Shown one piece after another: positions 18,642 to 26,721 of a stretch of DNA of 32,000 nt. Under the pieces are notes generated by a model. That model did not search any database. It was not told where the DNA came from and was given only the letters and a program-made list of their open reading frames with translations. The translations under genes were made by a program, and so were the position numbers. Position 1 is the first letter of the stretch, and every line of letters begins with the position of its first letter. Origin of the DNA: Acaryochloris marina MBIC11017 (GTDB taxonomy: Bacteria; Cyanobacteriota; Cyanobacteriia; Thermosynechococcales; Thermosynechococcaceae); NCBI RefSeq assembly GCF_000018105.1, contig NC_009925.1, positions 4,950,001 to 4,982,000 on the forward strand. The letters are read 5' to 3'.

Positions 18642-19165
18642 GTTTTGCCCCTCCAGATATAGATTTGCGCAAAGCTTTCTGGCCTAATCACCAGGACCTA
18701 TTTTTCAAACTTTGCTCCACAGTGGTGTGGGATGTTCGAATGAAAGCTCGGAGAACAGCAAGCTTCGGAGTCGCCTATAACTACTCACAAATCACGTATT
18801 TAAAAACCGAAATGCACCCGGAGCTATTGCCGTTGTGTGCTGCTGTGTTAGAGTCGCTAGGGTTTACTCCGAATAACTGTTTACTCAATTTTTATACGGA
18901 TGGTAGTTCATCCATGGGATTTCACTCTGATACGGCAGAGGAATTATCTCCAGGTACTGGCGTTGCCACTCTTTCTCTTCGAGCGACTAGAACCATTACT
19001 TACAAACATAAGCAGGCTCGAGAAACCCAATACAGTTACAGCTTGGAAAGTGGCGATTTGCTTTATATGTCTAACGAAGTCCAAATCGATTGGCTTCATG
19101 GAATCCTCAAAGAAGCGCAGGCAGGTCCACGTATCAGCGTCACGTTTAGAAGTATCATCAGCTAA
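18638..19165 (+). CDS. alkB: AlkB-like Fe(II)/2-oxoglutarate-dependent dioxygenase
   Basis: The HxD motif (GFHSDT), the distal His (DWLHGI) and the 2OG-binding RISVTFR are all intact. The start ATG overlaps the deaminase stop (ATGA at 18638-18641). Confidence 0.8.
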   Translation: MSFAPPDIDLRKAFWPNHQDLFFKLCSTVVWDVRMKARRTASFGVAYNYSQITYLKTEMHPELLPLCAAVLESLGFTPNNCLLNFYTDGSSSMGFHSDTAEELSPGTGVATLSLRATRTITYKHKQARETQYSYSLESGDLLYMSNEVQIDWLHGILKEAQAGPRISVTFRSIIS

Positions 19166-19310
19166 CCTCTCGGTAAGTTTTACTGCTATTTTTAGAGTGC
19201 CTACTGCCTAATCTCTAACACTAGCAATATAAATATCATCTCGGCAGCGCTTCCCACATCACGAGTTTCAAAGACGCTCAAACTAATATTGAAGAACTCG
19301 GAGAAATCTG

Positions 19311-20063
19311 GTGGAGAATCTAGAACTTTTAATCGATCTGCATCAGCATAATGACCGCCAAGGGCCTGGTGGAGCACTCGAAACTGAACTTGCCATTACG
19401 CTGGCAGCTCTCGATAGGTCGCGACCTTTGAAAATTGCGGATCTCGGTTGTGGCACTGGGGCCTCTACCTTGTGTTTAGCGAACAAGCTCAATGCAGACA
19501 TTATTGCCGTAGACTTTCTACCTGAGTTTATTGAGATATTGCGACGAAACGCAGAAACGTGCAATCTGAGCCAATCTATCCACCCCCAAGTCGAATCGAT
19601 CGATAATCTGACATTTGCACCCAACGAACTTGACGTTATCTGGTCGGAAGGGGCGATTTACAATATCGGATTTGAACAAGGCATTAACGATTGGCGGCCA
19701 TTTCTAAAACCCCAAGGAGTACTCGCCGTATCGGAAATCACTTGGCTGACAGACCATCGCCCCAATGAAATTCAATCTTACTGGGACGCTCAGTACCCTG
19801 AAATAGATACGGCTTCGGCGAAAATAAAGCTCCTAGAAAAAGCGGGCTACGTTCCCTTAGGTTACTTTGTACTGCCAGAACATTGCTGGTTAGACAACTA
19901 CTACCATCCCCTGCAAAGCAGATTTGACAAGTTTCTCAGTCACCATGCCCATAGCGATGATGCGCAAGCCCTAGTAGAAGCTGAAAAGCAGGAAATCGAA
20001 GTATTCAAACAGTTCAAAGCGTACTTTAGCTATGGCTTCTATATTGCTAGAAAGCTTGCATAG
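19311..20063 (+). CDS. Class I SAM-dependent methyltransferase
   Basis: Motif I is IADLGCGTGASTL, and the post-I acidic residue lies in IIAVDF. GGAGA precedes the GTG start at 19311. Confidence 0.8.
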   Translation: MENLELLIDLHQHNDRQGPGGALETELAITLAALDRSRPLKIADLGCGTGASTLCLANKLNADIIAVDFLPEFIEILRRNAETCNLSQSIHPQVESIDNLTFAPNELDVIWSEGAIYNIGFEQGINDWRPFLKPQGVLAVSEITWLTDHRPNEIQSYWDAQYPEIDTASAKIKLLEKAGYVPLGYFVLPEHCWLDNYYHPLQSRFDKFLSHHAHSDDAQALVEAEKQEIEVFKQFKAYFSYGFYIARKLA

Positions 20064-20172
20064 GATAATCCAGGTCGATTGATACTCGTACTTTGCAGAA
20101 TTCCAACTCCGGTGAAACTCTGCAAGTTTGAATGATGTCAGAGAAATAGGAGAACTCTTGTTTTGGATTGTG

Positions 20173-20469
20173 ATGAGTGATTCGCGACCGTTTGACCTTT
20201 GTGCATTGACTGCTGAAGAACAATTATTCCTCTCACAAAAAGCTTATCCTACACTTGAAACCTCGCTCAACAAGGATTGGATAGCCCTTGAGAGAAATCC
20301 TGAGCGGGCCTTGGCCTACGGCTGGGGATTTGTGGAAAACACACCCCGATTTTTGCGGTGGGAAGAGCGTAACTTCACAGATAAACTGCAAAAAGTGAGA
20401 ATGCTTATCGATCGAATCGTCGTTAGTACCGATGTTTCAAAGCCATGGGCAGCAGAGGCGGTTTCTTAA
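20173..20469 (+). CDS. Hypothetical small protein, 98 aa
   Basis: The ORF is preserved. I prefer the ATG at 20173 over the TTG at 20128. No family recognised. Confidence 0.4.
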   Translation: MSDSRPFDLCALTAEEQLFLSQKAYPTLETSLNKDWIALERNPERALAYGWGFVENTPRFLRWEERNFTDKLQKVRMLIDRIVVSTDVSKPWAAEAVS

Positions 20470-20607
20470 GAACTTTACTTTCTTGTGCGCAGAACAGGGC
20501 ATCTGTAGGCTGCCCAAAAGGCGTATGTTCAAAAATAGGACAGGGCACTGTAGCCATTCTGTCCCTCGGCATTGTCCTACAGATAAATCAATGGATGGTG
20601 GACAGAA

Positions 20608-20935
20608 ATGAGGCAACCAGATGAATCAGAGCTTCTTATCCTTGAGTATTTGTTTGCTATGGCAGGACTTAAACAAACTCCGCGTAACCTTCGGATTGAA
20701 TCCATGAATGATGGAGAAATGGGTAGTCTGCTGTTCGAGAATCTAGACGGGGTTAATCGTCGGCTAGGTGAGACGGTTGCCGAATGCTATTTCGAGGACT
20801 CGGAGCGGTATTTTGGTTTCAGCCACCTTGAACTTCGACCAGCAGGGAAAGCCCTTTGAGATTGATGTGTGGAAAGTGGATTTTAGCAATTTACAGCGGT
20901 GGCCTTTGAAGGAAGACATTCGCCCCCTGACATAG
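20608..20935 (+). pseudogene. Frameshifted small gene resembling the family I recall as DUF6984 (C-terminal ...E(L/I)D(I/V)WKVDF... motif)
   Basis: Frame A (20608-20859) gives ...SMNDGEMGSLLFENLDGVNRRLGETVAECYFEDSE and then junk up to a stop. The +1 frame, open from 20768 to the TAG at 20933-20935, gives GILVSATLNFDQQGKPFEIDVWKVDFSNLQRWPLKEDIRPLT. Joining the frames near 20803-20809 restores a single family-like protein of about 108 aa. Confidence 0.55.
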
Positions 20936-21021
20936 AAACGACCCTTAATCCATCGTTTTGATCGGCAGGGGTAGGCAGACTCTTAGAATTGGGAAAGTAG
21001 TATTTTCGTATCCTCTCTGCC

Positions 21022-21840
21022 TTGGCTAAACAGCGTCTGGACACCTTACTGGTTTCATTAGAGTTATGCACCTCTCGGCAGCAAGCCCAAAGGGTCATAC
21101 GGGCTGGGGAAGTAAAGGTCAATGACCAAATTATTGATAAGCCGGGGACCGAAGTTCAATTAACAGCAGAGATTCAAGTCAAACAAAAATCTCCCTTTGT
21201 TTCTCGTGGTGGTCATAAGCTAGAAAAGGCTTTGGCTGAGTTTCCCATTCAGATACAGGATCGGATTTGTCTGGATGGCGGCATCTCCACTGGGGGGTTT
21301 ACGGACTGTCTGCTGCAGGCCGGAGCCCAACAGGTCTATGGCATTGATGTGGGCTACGGGCAGGTGGCCTGGAAGCTCCGCAATGATCCTCGGGTCATCC
21401 TCAAGGAACGCACCAATCTCCGCCATCTTCAGCCTGCTGATTTATTTACCGAAGATGCGACTATTCCTGATTTAGGCGTGATTGATGTCTCGTTTATTTC
21501 TCTAACGAAAGTTTTGCCTGCCCTCTGGCAGCTCTTACAACCGCCACGGGAAATGGTGTTGCTCGTGAAACCCCAATTTGAAGTGGGAAAGGACCGAGTG
21601 GGGAAGCATGGCGTGGTACGAGATTCTCACGCGCATCGAGATGCGATCGCACAGGTCTACCAAGCAGCATCAGCGCTGGGCTGGCACTATGCAGGCGTTA
21701 CCTGGTCCCCCTTACCTGGCCCGAAGGGCAACATCGAGTTCCTGTTATGGCTACAGCAAGAGGGCAGTGGTCCTTCTCCACAAACATTTTTAGAGATTGC
21801 CGTGGATGCTCAAAAAACGCTTTCCCAACAGCCAAAGTGA
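21022..21840 (+). CDS. tlyA: TlyA-family rRNA 2'-O-methyltransferase (hemolysin A-like)
   Basis: An N-terminal S4 domain (RLDTLLVSLELCTSRQQAQRVIRAGEVKVN), SRGGHKLEKAL and an FtsJ-like motif (LDGGISTGGFTDCLLQ). TTG start at 21022. Confidence 0.85.
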   Translation: MAKQRLDTLLVSLELCTSRQQAQRVIRAGEVKVNDQIIDKPGTEVQLTAEIQVKQKSPFVSRGGHKLEKALAEFPIQIQDRICLDGGISTGGFTDCLLQAGAQQVYGIDVGYGQVAWKLRNDPRVILKERTNLRHLQPADLFTEDATIPDLGVIDVSFISLTKVLPALWQLLQPPREMVLLVKPQFEVGKDRVGKHGVVRDSHAHRDAIAQVYQAASALGWHYAGVTWSPLPGPKGNIEFLLWLQQEGSGPSPQTFLEIAVDAQKTLSQQPK

Positions 21841-22474
21841 TGCTGCTTCAATGGGTGTGGTACGAATGACAATTGTCTCGCTATTGCATCGGTGAGATGG
21901 TACTAATCGTTTTCCATCCAGAATCTTTGAGTCTGAGATAAGACCATATCAGCACACTAAACAAGAGTGCGCGCATCCAAACCATTATTCGGGGATGGCT
22001 GGACTTCGCCATTTCTTCCAGACTTTGCTAGTACACAATCCTCTATCCCATCTCCAGAATTTAAACCTATATCTCGTTCAGCCAGACATAAATAGAAAAT
22101 TTGCCTATTTTTGCCATTTTTTGTTCATCCATACAAAAAATCATTCCAAATACTCGGATCAGGCCTTAGATAAAAATTTATTTTTAGGGCATTTATATCA
22201 GTTATTTTTCTGCAGTTAGAATGGAGGTCAGATCAATTTCTAGATATTTCCTTTACATGATCCTGTAATCCCAAGTAGCCTGCAGACAATGATTTAACAA
22301 AGTCTGGGGCTTTTAAGGTTTGGGCTATAGGTTGTATCAAGTTTTACAAGATAACCAAAACAAATCGATTTTGGCTCTTTACATTGATGCTGAACAGAAA
22401 AGGAGAGAAATGTTTGAGTTATCAACTATTCTCTGTTTAGAATGTAATTGTGTTGTTACACCCACTCACTCAAT

Positions 22475-22747
22475 ATGTCTGAGCAAGCAGTCTTTCCTCA
22501 TCATGATCTAACTAAGGAAATCGCTGTGCTGAAAAAGCAGTTAGCCATTGCTCTCAAATTTCATCACAGCAAGACCATTGAGAAACTCCCCAAAGAGATT
22601 GCAATGCAAGTGATGGGAGAGGTTTGGGCATCTTGCCACCCAGAGGCAGAACAAGCGACTCATAACCCCAAAACAACCTATAGCGCACCTGAGCCTGTTA
22701 TCTGTGATGATGTTCCCATCTCAAATAACGGAACGATTTATCTGTAG
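22475..22747 (+). CDS. Hypothetical protein, 90 aa
   Basis: An ATG ORF without an obvious RBS. No family recognised. Its 5' end overlaps an alternative 33-aa sORF (see findings). Confidence 0.35.
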   Translation: MSEQAVFPHHDLTKEIAVLKKQLAIALKFHHSKTIEKLPKEIAMQVMGEVWASCHPEAEQATHNPKTTYSAPEPVICDDVPISNNGTIYL

Positions 22748-22774
22748 GTACTGGCATTAATGCACCTGGCTGGC

Positions 22775-23236
22775 CTATGGAGCTGGTTGATTGGTCGCAA
22801 AAGGTTTAAGCCATCCCCGTTGTAGCGCTTGGTCGAGGATGATGCGATCGCAACTAAACACCACCCAACTCTCTACAGCCATCAGCACAAACGGCAATAC
22901 CGTATCAGTGATACCAAATCCCGTATCAATCTGAGCCAACCCTCGGACCAAACTAAAAGCCAACACAACGCCTGACTTAAGTTGAGGGTTGGTATCTTGG
23001 CGAATGGCATAGCGATACGTCACCCCAAATAGCAGCCCAGAAATAGCTACACTCGCAAGAGAACCACTCAGGCTAATCCAGCTTTCAGGCAATTTTGAGA
23101 CCGCGATGGGCCATTGAGCCAGCCATTCATTAATGACTAGCAAAATCATAAAAACCAGTATGGCCCCACTGGCAGATAATCCCCCGGCTTTGAGCGACTC
23201 AACCCGTTCTTGCGGCGTAAAAGGGGTCTGTTCCAC
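22775..23236 (-). CDS. Hypothetical integral membrane protein (about 4 TM)
   Basis: GTG start. Four hydrophobic segments. Core-like GC content, and a HIP1 site lies inside the gene. Confidence 0.6.
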   Translation of the reverse strand: MEQTPFTPQERVESLKAGGLSASGAILVFMILLVINEWLAQWPIAVSKLPESWISLSGSLASVAISGLLFGVTYRYAIRQDTNPQLKSGVVLAFSLVRGLAQIDTGFGITDTVLPFVLMAVESWVVFSCDRIILDQALQRGWLKPFATNQPAP

Positions 23237-23278
23237 GGGGATGATGAACCGTTTAGGGGGACTAGTTCGGTAGGTGTA

Positions 23279-23920
23279 CTAGGGCGCGTCAGACTCACTT
23301 GCTTCTTGTAAGGCTGTGCGGCGAATCAGGTTGTGGAGACGAGGCCAGAGTAGCCAAGCCGCAATTGCCAGTAATACAAATAGTCCAAACTGAGACACGC
23401 TGCTAACCAAGCGGGATAGGGGAATGATTTCACCGGCAAAGTAAGCCAGGGTTACCATCACCAAAGCCCACAAGCAGGCCCCCAAGGTATTAAAAAACAC
23501 AAAGCGGGGAAAGGGCATCTCGGCAATACCCGCGAGAGGACTGGCAAAAATCCTCAGCAGCGCCACAAATCGTCCGATTAAGACGGTTCGAGCAGCATTG
23601 GTGCTGAACCCGTCTTTAATGTCTAGGAGGCGCTCTTCAGACATATTGACGAGGCGACCCGCTCTCGATAACAAAGACCAACCGCCAAAATGTCCGACCC
23701 AATAGCCACAGGTGCCGCCGATGGTTGAACCTGCGATCGCACTACCCAATACACCAAAATAATTCAGGTCACCTTCACCCGCCAGGAAGCCGCCCACTAG
23801 GACAATTGCTTCCCCTGGTATGGGTAATCCCAAGTTTTCAAATAATATGCCGAAGCAGACAACCCAATAGCCGTATTGGTGGGCTAATGTTTGCAAAGTG
23901 TCTAACGAAATCCAGTCCAT
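23279..23920 (-). CDS. dedA: DedA-family (SNARE-associated / VTT domain) membrane protein
   Basis: YGYWVVCFGILFENLGLPIPGEAIVLVGGFLAG and GRFVALLRIFASPLAG are the DedA signature segments. Confidence 0.85.
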   Translation of the reverse strand: MDWISLDTLQTLAHQYGYWVVCFGILFENLGLPIPGEAIVLVGGFLAGEGDLNYFGVLGSAIAGSTIGGTCGYWVGHFGGWSLLSRAGRLVNMSEERLLDIKDGFSTNAARTVLIGRFVALLRIFASPLAGIAEMPFPRFVFFNTLGACLWALVMVTLAYFAGEIIPLSRLVSSVSQFGLFVLLAIAAWLLWPRLHNLIRRTALQEASESDAP

Positions 23921-24028
23921 AGACCTTTATACAAACTGTAAACAATTTTACGTTTCTCAATCTTGGCTTGTGGACTCTAACTTTGTCAATCCAAGTCCGT
24001 GCAAGCCTTAAAGCCACGTTAACTAATT

Positions 24029-24355
24029 TTACGAGATCCGGCGGTAGATCGCACAAAGGCGACTGGGGGAAAATACTTTGGCTTGGAACATAAAGTTGGG
24101 GGGCACGTTGATAATCACGTAATCTTCTGACTCGTGATACTGCTCAAACAGTTGAGGCATTCCTTTGGGGGTATTGGCGCTGTAGGGAACGGGCTGAAAA
24201 ATTAATTCGGTAAACTCAATGGCTTCTGACTGAGATTCACGGGCGACTTGCTGGAGAAATCCTTCATTGTTGAGCAGATTAAACAAAGCTGCTTTGATCT
24301 CAGGATCAAGGGTGAAACTGCCATCAAAGTTATCAATGATTTTAAGGTTGGCCAT
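24029..24355 (-). CDS. Hypothetical protein, 108 aa
   Basis: A clean ATG ORF, divergent from the RHH gene. No family recognised. Confidence 0.5.
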   Translation of the reverse strand: MANLKIIDNFDGSFTLDPEIKAALFNLLNNEGFLQQVARESQSEAIEFTELIFQPVPYSANTPKGMPQLFEQYHESEDYVIINVPPNFMFQAKVFSPSRLCAIYRRIS

Positions 24356-24433
24356 GGGGAGTGACTAGCAAATATTACGTGGCTCACCTTTCCAGCGTAG
24401 AAGATTCTTGGATCCCTGTCAGCTGGATATTGC

Positions 24434-24480
24434 AGACAACTGTAAGCTAGTCAAAATAATTCGAGCATCTATAGTTGTCT
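24434..24480. promoter_or_regulatory. 8-bp inverted repeat (AGACAACT / AGTTGTCT) in the RHH upstream region; possible operator
   Basis: The arms lie at 24434-24441 and 24473-24480. The right arm overlaps a TATAGT -10-like hexamer (24470-24475) 26 nt before the RHH ATG. Each arm is flanked by GTAAG or CTTAC. It could arise by chance. Confidence 0.25.
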
Positions 24481-24500
24481 TACATGTCGTACAAGCAGCC

Positions 24501-24758
24501 ATGTTTACTGTCAGATTAGATCCTGAAACAGAGCAGCAACTAGCGGATCTCCTTGCCCACGCACCTGATAGCAATCGGAGTGAGTTAATTAAGCGATTGA
24601 TCAAAGAGCGCTGGCTCACGCTTGATTTAGACCGTCCTTTTGTCGAACGCCGAGAAGGGCATCCCAAGCATCTGTTGCAAGATGCACCACCTGATTTATC
24701 AGAACGAGCGGTTCGCAAACAAGCGATTGCCAGCTATCTCAAAAAGCGGCATTCATGA
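24501..24758 (+). CDS. Ribbon-helix-helix (CopG/Arc-like) DNA-binding protein with a charged C-terminal tail, 85 aa
   Basis: MFTVRLDPETEQQLADLLAHAPDSNRSELIKRLIKERW has the strand-helix-helix pattern of RHH proteins. I prefer the ATG at 24501 over the track start at 24408. Confidence 0.7.
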   Translation: MFTVRLDPETEQQLADLLAHAPDSNRSELIKRLIKERWLTLDLDRPFVERREGHPKHLLQDAPPDLSERAVRKQAIASYLKKRHS

Positions 24759-24773
24759 CTTATATGAACCAGA

Positions 24774-25601
24774 ATGGATGGAGACAGAGTATCAAAACGA
24801 ATGCTGATTACGAAACACACTAATAAAATTTTAAAGGTCGATTTACAGGAATGGTATGACCATTGTCGGGGCATATTTGTAATCAGAGCTTTTCCTGTTA
24901 TTGGTGTGTTAATTATCCTTTGCGGAAATATTTTCTCTCCAAGGGTACATTTAAGTTGTAATCATACACCCGTTGATTCATTTTTTTCTGAGCGTACTCA
25001 AGTCGTTTGTAGACTTACCGAATCAAACATACTGAACGAGAAAATCACACAGATTGAGCATCTTCAGAGAGCTAAAGCTGGCCATCACAGATATCGTGAT
25101 AATTATGGAATTCGTCGTGTTGTTCTTATTACTAATCGCAAAAAAATACCTCTCACTCCAGATTGTTACAGAAAATCAGTAGTTTCTCAACAGGTTGCTG
25201 AGATTAAAGAATTTATCAATAATCCTGGAGATGCCACTCTCAATATTTATGAGGAACATCGCTGGGGTTATTACCTAGCAGGATTTGCTACTATTATTTT
25301 AGGGATTTACTTTGTTTTTTATAAATCATTAAAATCCTGTACTTTTGACAAAAACTCCGATCGATTATATCTGGAATACCAGAATAGTCTGCTCCAAACA
25401 GCTGTTCGCGAAGAAAGTCTGGATGACATCAAAAAGATCAGCTTTACGGAATCCACTGATGGTGAGGGCAGGGAGGTTTACCATACAAATATTGTGCTCA
25501 GTTCAGGTGAGCTTATCTCTTGTAGCTCAGTCAAAGATGACTGTGAAATTACCCAAACTATCAACCAGTTTTTGGGAATAGGTGATTCCGTAGATAGCTG
25601 A
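24774..25601 (+). CDS. Uncharacterised two-TM protein, tandem paralog 1 (275 aa)
   Basis: Begins 15 nt after the RHH stop. The TM helices are IFVIRAFPVIGVLIILCGNIF and WGYYLAGFATIILGIYFVFY, each followed by a soluble module of about 95-130 aa. The start could instead be the ATG at 24801 (MLITKH...). Confidence 0.7.
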   Translation: MDGDRVSKRMLITKHTNKILKVDLQEWYDHCRGIFVIRAFPVIGVLIILCGNIFSPRVHLSCNHTPVDSFFSERTQVVCRLTESNILNEKITQIEHLQRAKAGHHRYRDNYGIRRVVLITNRKKIPLTPDCYRKSVVSQQVAEIKEFINNPGDATLNIYEEHRWGYYLAGFATIILGIYFVFYKSLKSCTFDKNSDRLYLEYQNSLLQTAVREESLDDIKKISFTESTDGEGREVYHTNIVLSSGELISCSSVKDDCEITQTINQFLGIGDSVDS

Positions 25602-25890
25602 TTCAAAATTTAATACTTAGACCTAACTGGTGTTTTTTTAGTTTAAGATTGATCGCTATTTTTGATTGTTTATAAATTAGTGATAGTGTGACCTCTGATC
25701 GTGATTCTGATATCTAAAAAATATTAAAAACTGTCTTTTGAGCGTACTTCTATGTCGAGCTAAGGGTTATCTAAACTGATTGACAATCTCTTCATAAGTT
25801 AATCGCCAGAAATTAATGTTCTTTCTACAATATCCGTATTGTCATAAAGTACGCATCACTCAGTGGCAGTTATGTCTTCTATGAACCAGA

Positions 25891-26721
25891 ATGGATGGAG
25901 GCAGAATATCAGAACGCATGCTGATTACGAAACACACTAATCAAATTTTACAGGTCGATTTACAGGAATGGTATGACCGTTTTCGGGGCATATTGATAAT
26001 CAGAGCTTTTCCTGTTATTGGTGTGTTAATTATCCTTTGCGGAAATATTTTCTCCCCAAGGATACATCTAAGTTGTAATCATGCAACCATTGATTCTCTT
26101 TTTTCTAAGCATACTCAAGTTGTTTGTAGTCTTACCACATCAAACATACTGCATGAGAAAATCACGCAGATTGAGCATGTGAAGAACGCTAAATTGGACT
26201 ATTGCAGATTTTGTGACAGCGGTGGAGTATTTAGAGTTGTCCTTGCCGCTAATCGCGAAAAAATACCTCTCACTCCAGATTATATTTATAGAAAGTCAGT
26301 GGTCTCTCAACAAGTTGCTGAGATTAAAGCGTTTATCAATAATCCTGGAGAAGCAACTCTCAACATCTATGAGGAGCATCGCTGGCTTTATTATCTAGTA
26401 GGATTTGCGACTACTATTTTGGGTGTCTATATTGCTTTTTATAAATCATTAAAATCCTGTACCTTTGACAAAAGCTCTGGTCAATTGCATTTGGAATACC
26501 AGAATAGTCTGTTTCAATCTGCTGTCCGAGAAGAAAGTCTGAATGACATCCATAAGATCAACTTCAAGGAATCAACTGGTGATGAGGGCAAGGATTATTA
26601 CCATACAGAAATCGTGTTCAAATCAGATGAAATCATCTCTTTTCGTTCAGTAAAAGATGATAGTGAAATTGTCCAAACTATCAACCAGTTTTTGGGTGTA
26701 AGTGATTCTATAGATAGCTGA
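25891..26721 (+). CDS. Uncharacterised two-TM protein, tandem paralog 2 (276 aa)
   Basis: About 74% aa identity to paralog 1 by hand count, collinear with one 1-aa indel. The ORF is intact. An alternative start is the ATG at 25918. Confidence 0.7.
   Translation: MDGGRISERMLITKHTNQILQVDLQEWYDRFRGILIIRAFPVIGVLIILCGNIFSPRIHLSCNHATIDSLFSKHTQVVCSLTTSNILHEKITQIEHVKNAKLDYCRFCDSGGVFRVVLAANREKIPLTPDYIYRKSVVSQQVAEIKAFINNPGEATLNIYEEHRWLYYLVGFATTILGVYIAFYKSLKSCTFDKSSGQLHLEYQNSLFQSAVREESLNDIHKINFKESTGDEGKDYYHTEIVFKSDEIISFRSVKDDSEIVQTINQFLGVSDSIDS

Noticed and set aside
20883-21122. A 79-aa minus-strand ORF overlapping the end of the frameshifted gene and the start of tlyA
   Set aside because: It overlaps two better-supported plus-strand coding regions and has no motif or RBS.
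21995-22219. A 74-aa ORF (and the 63-aa ORF at 22320-22511 as a whole) in the AT-rich spacer
   Set aside because: Low-complexity F/L/H/N-rich translations, no RBS at the proposed starts (the second is a TTG), and an AT-rich context where random ORFs of this size are expected. Only the internal ATG-initiated 33-aa part is kept, as a low-confidence observation.
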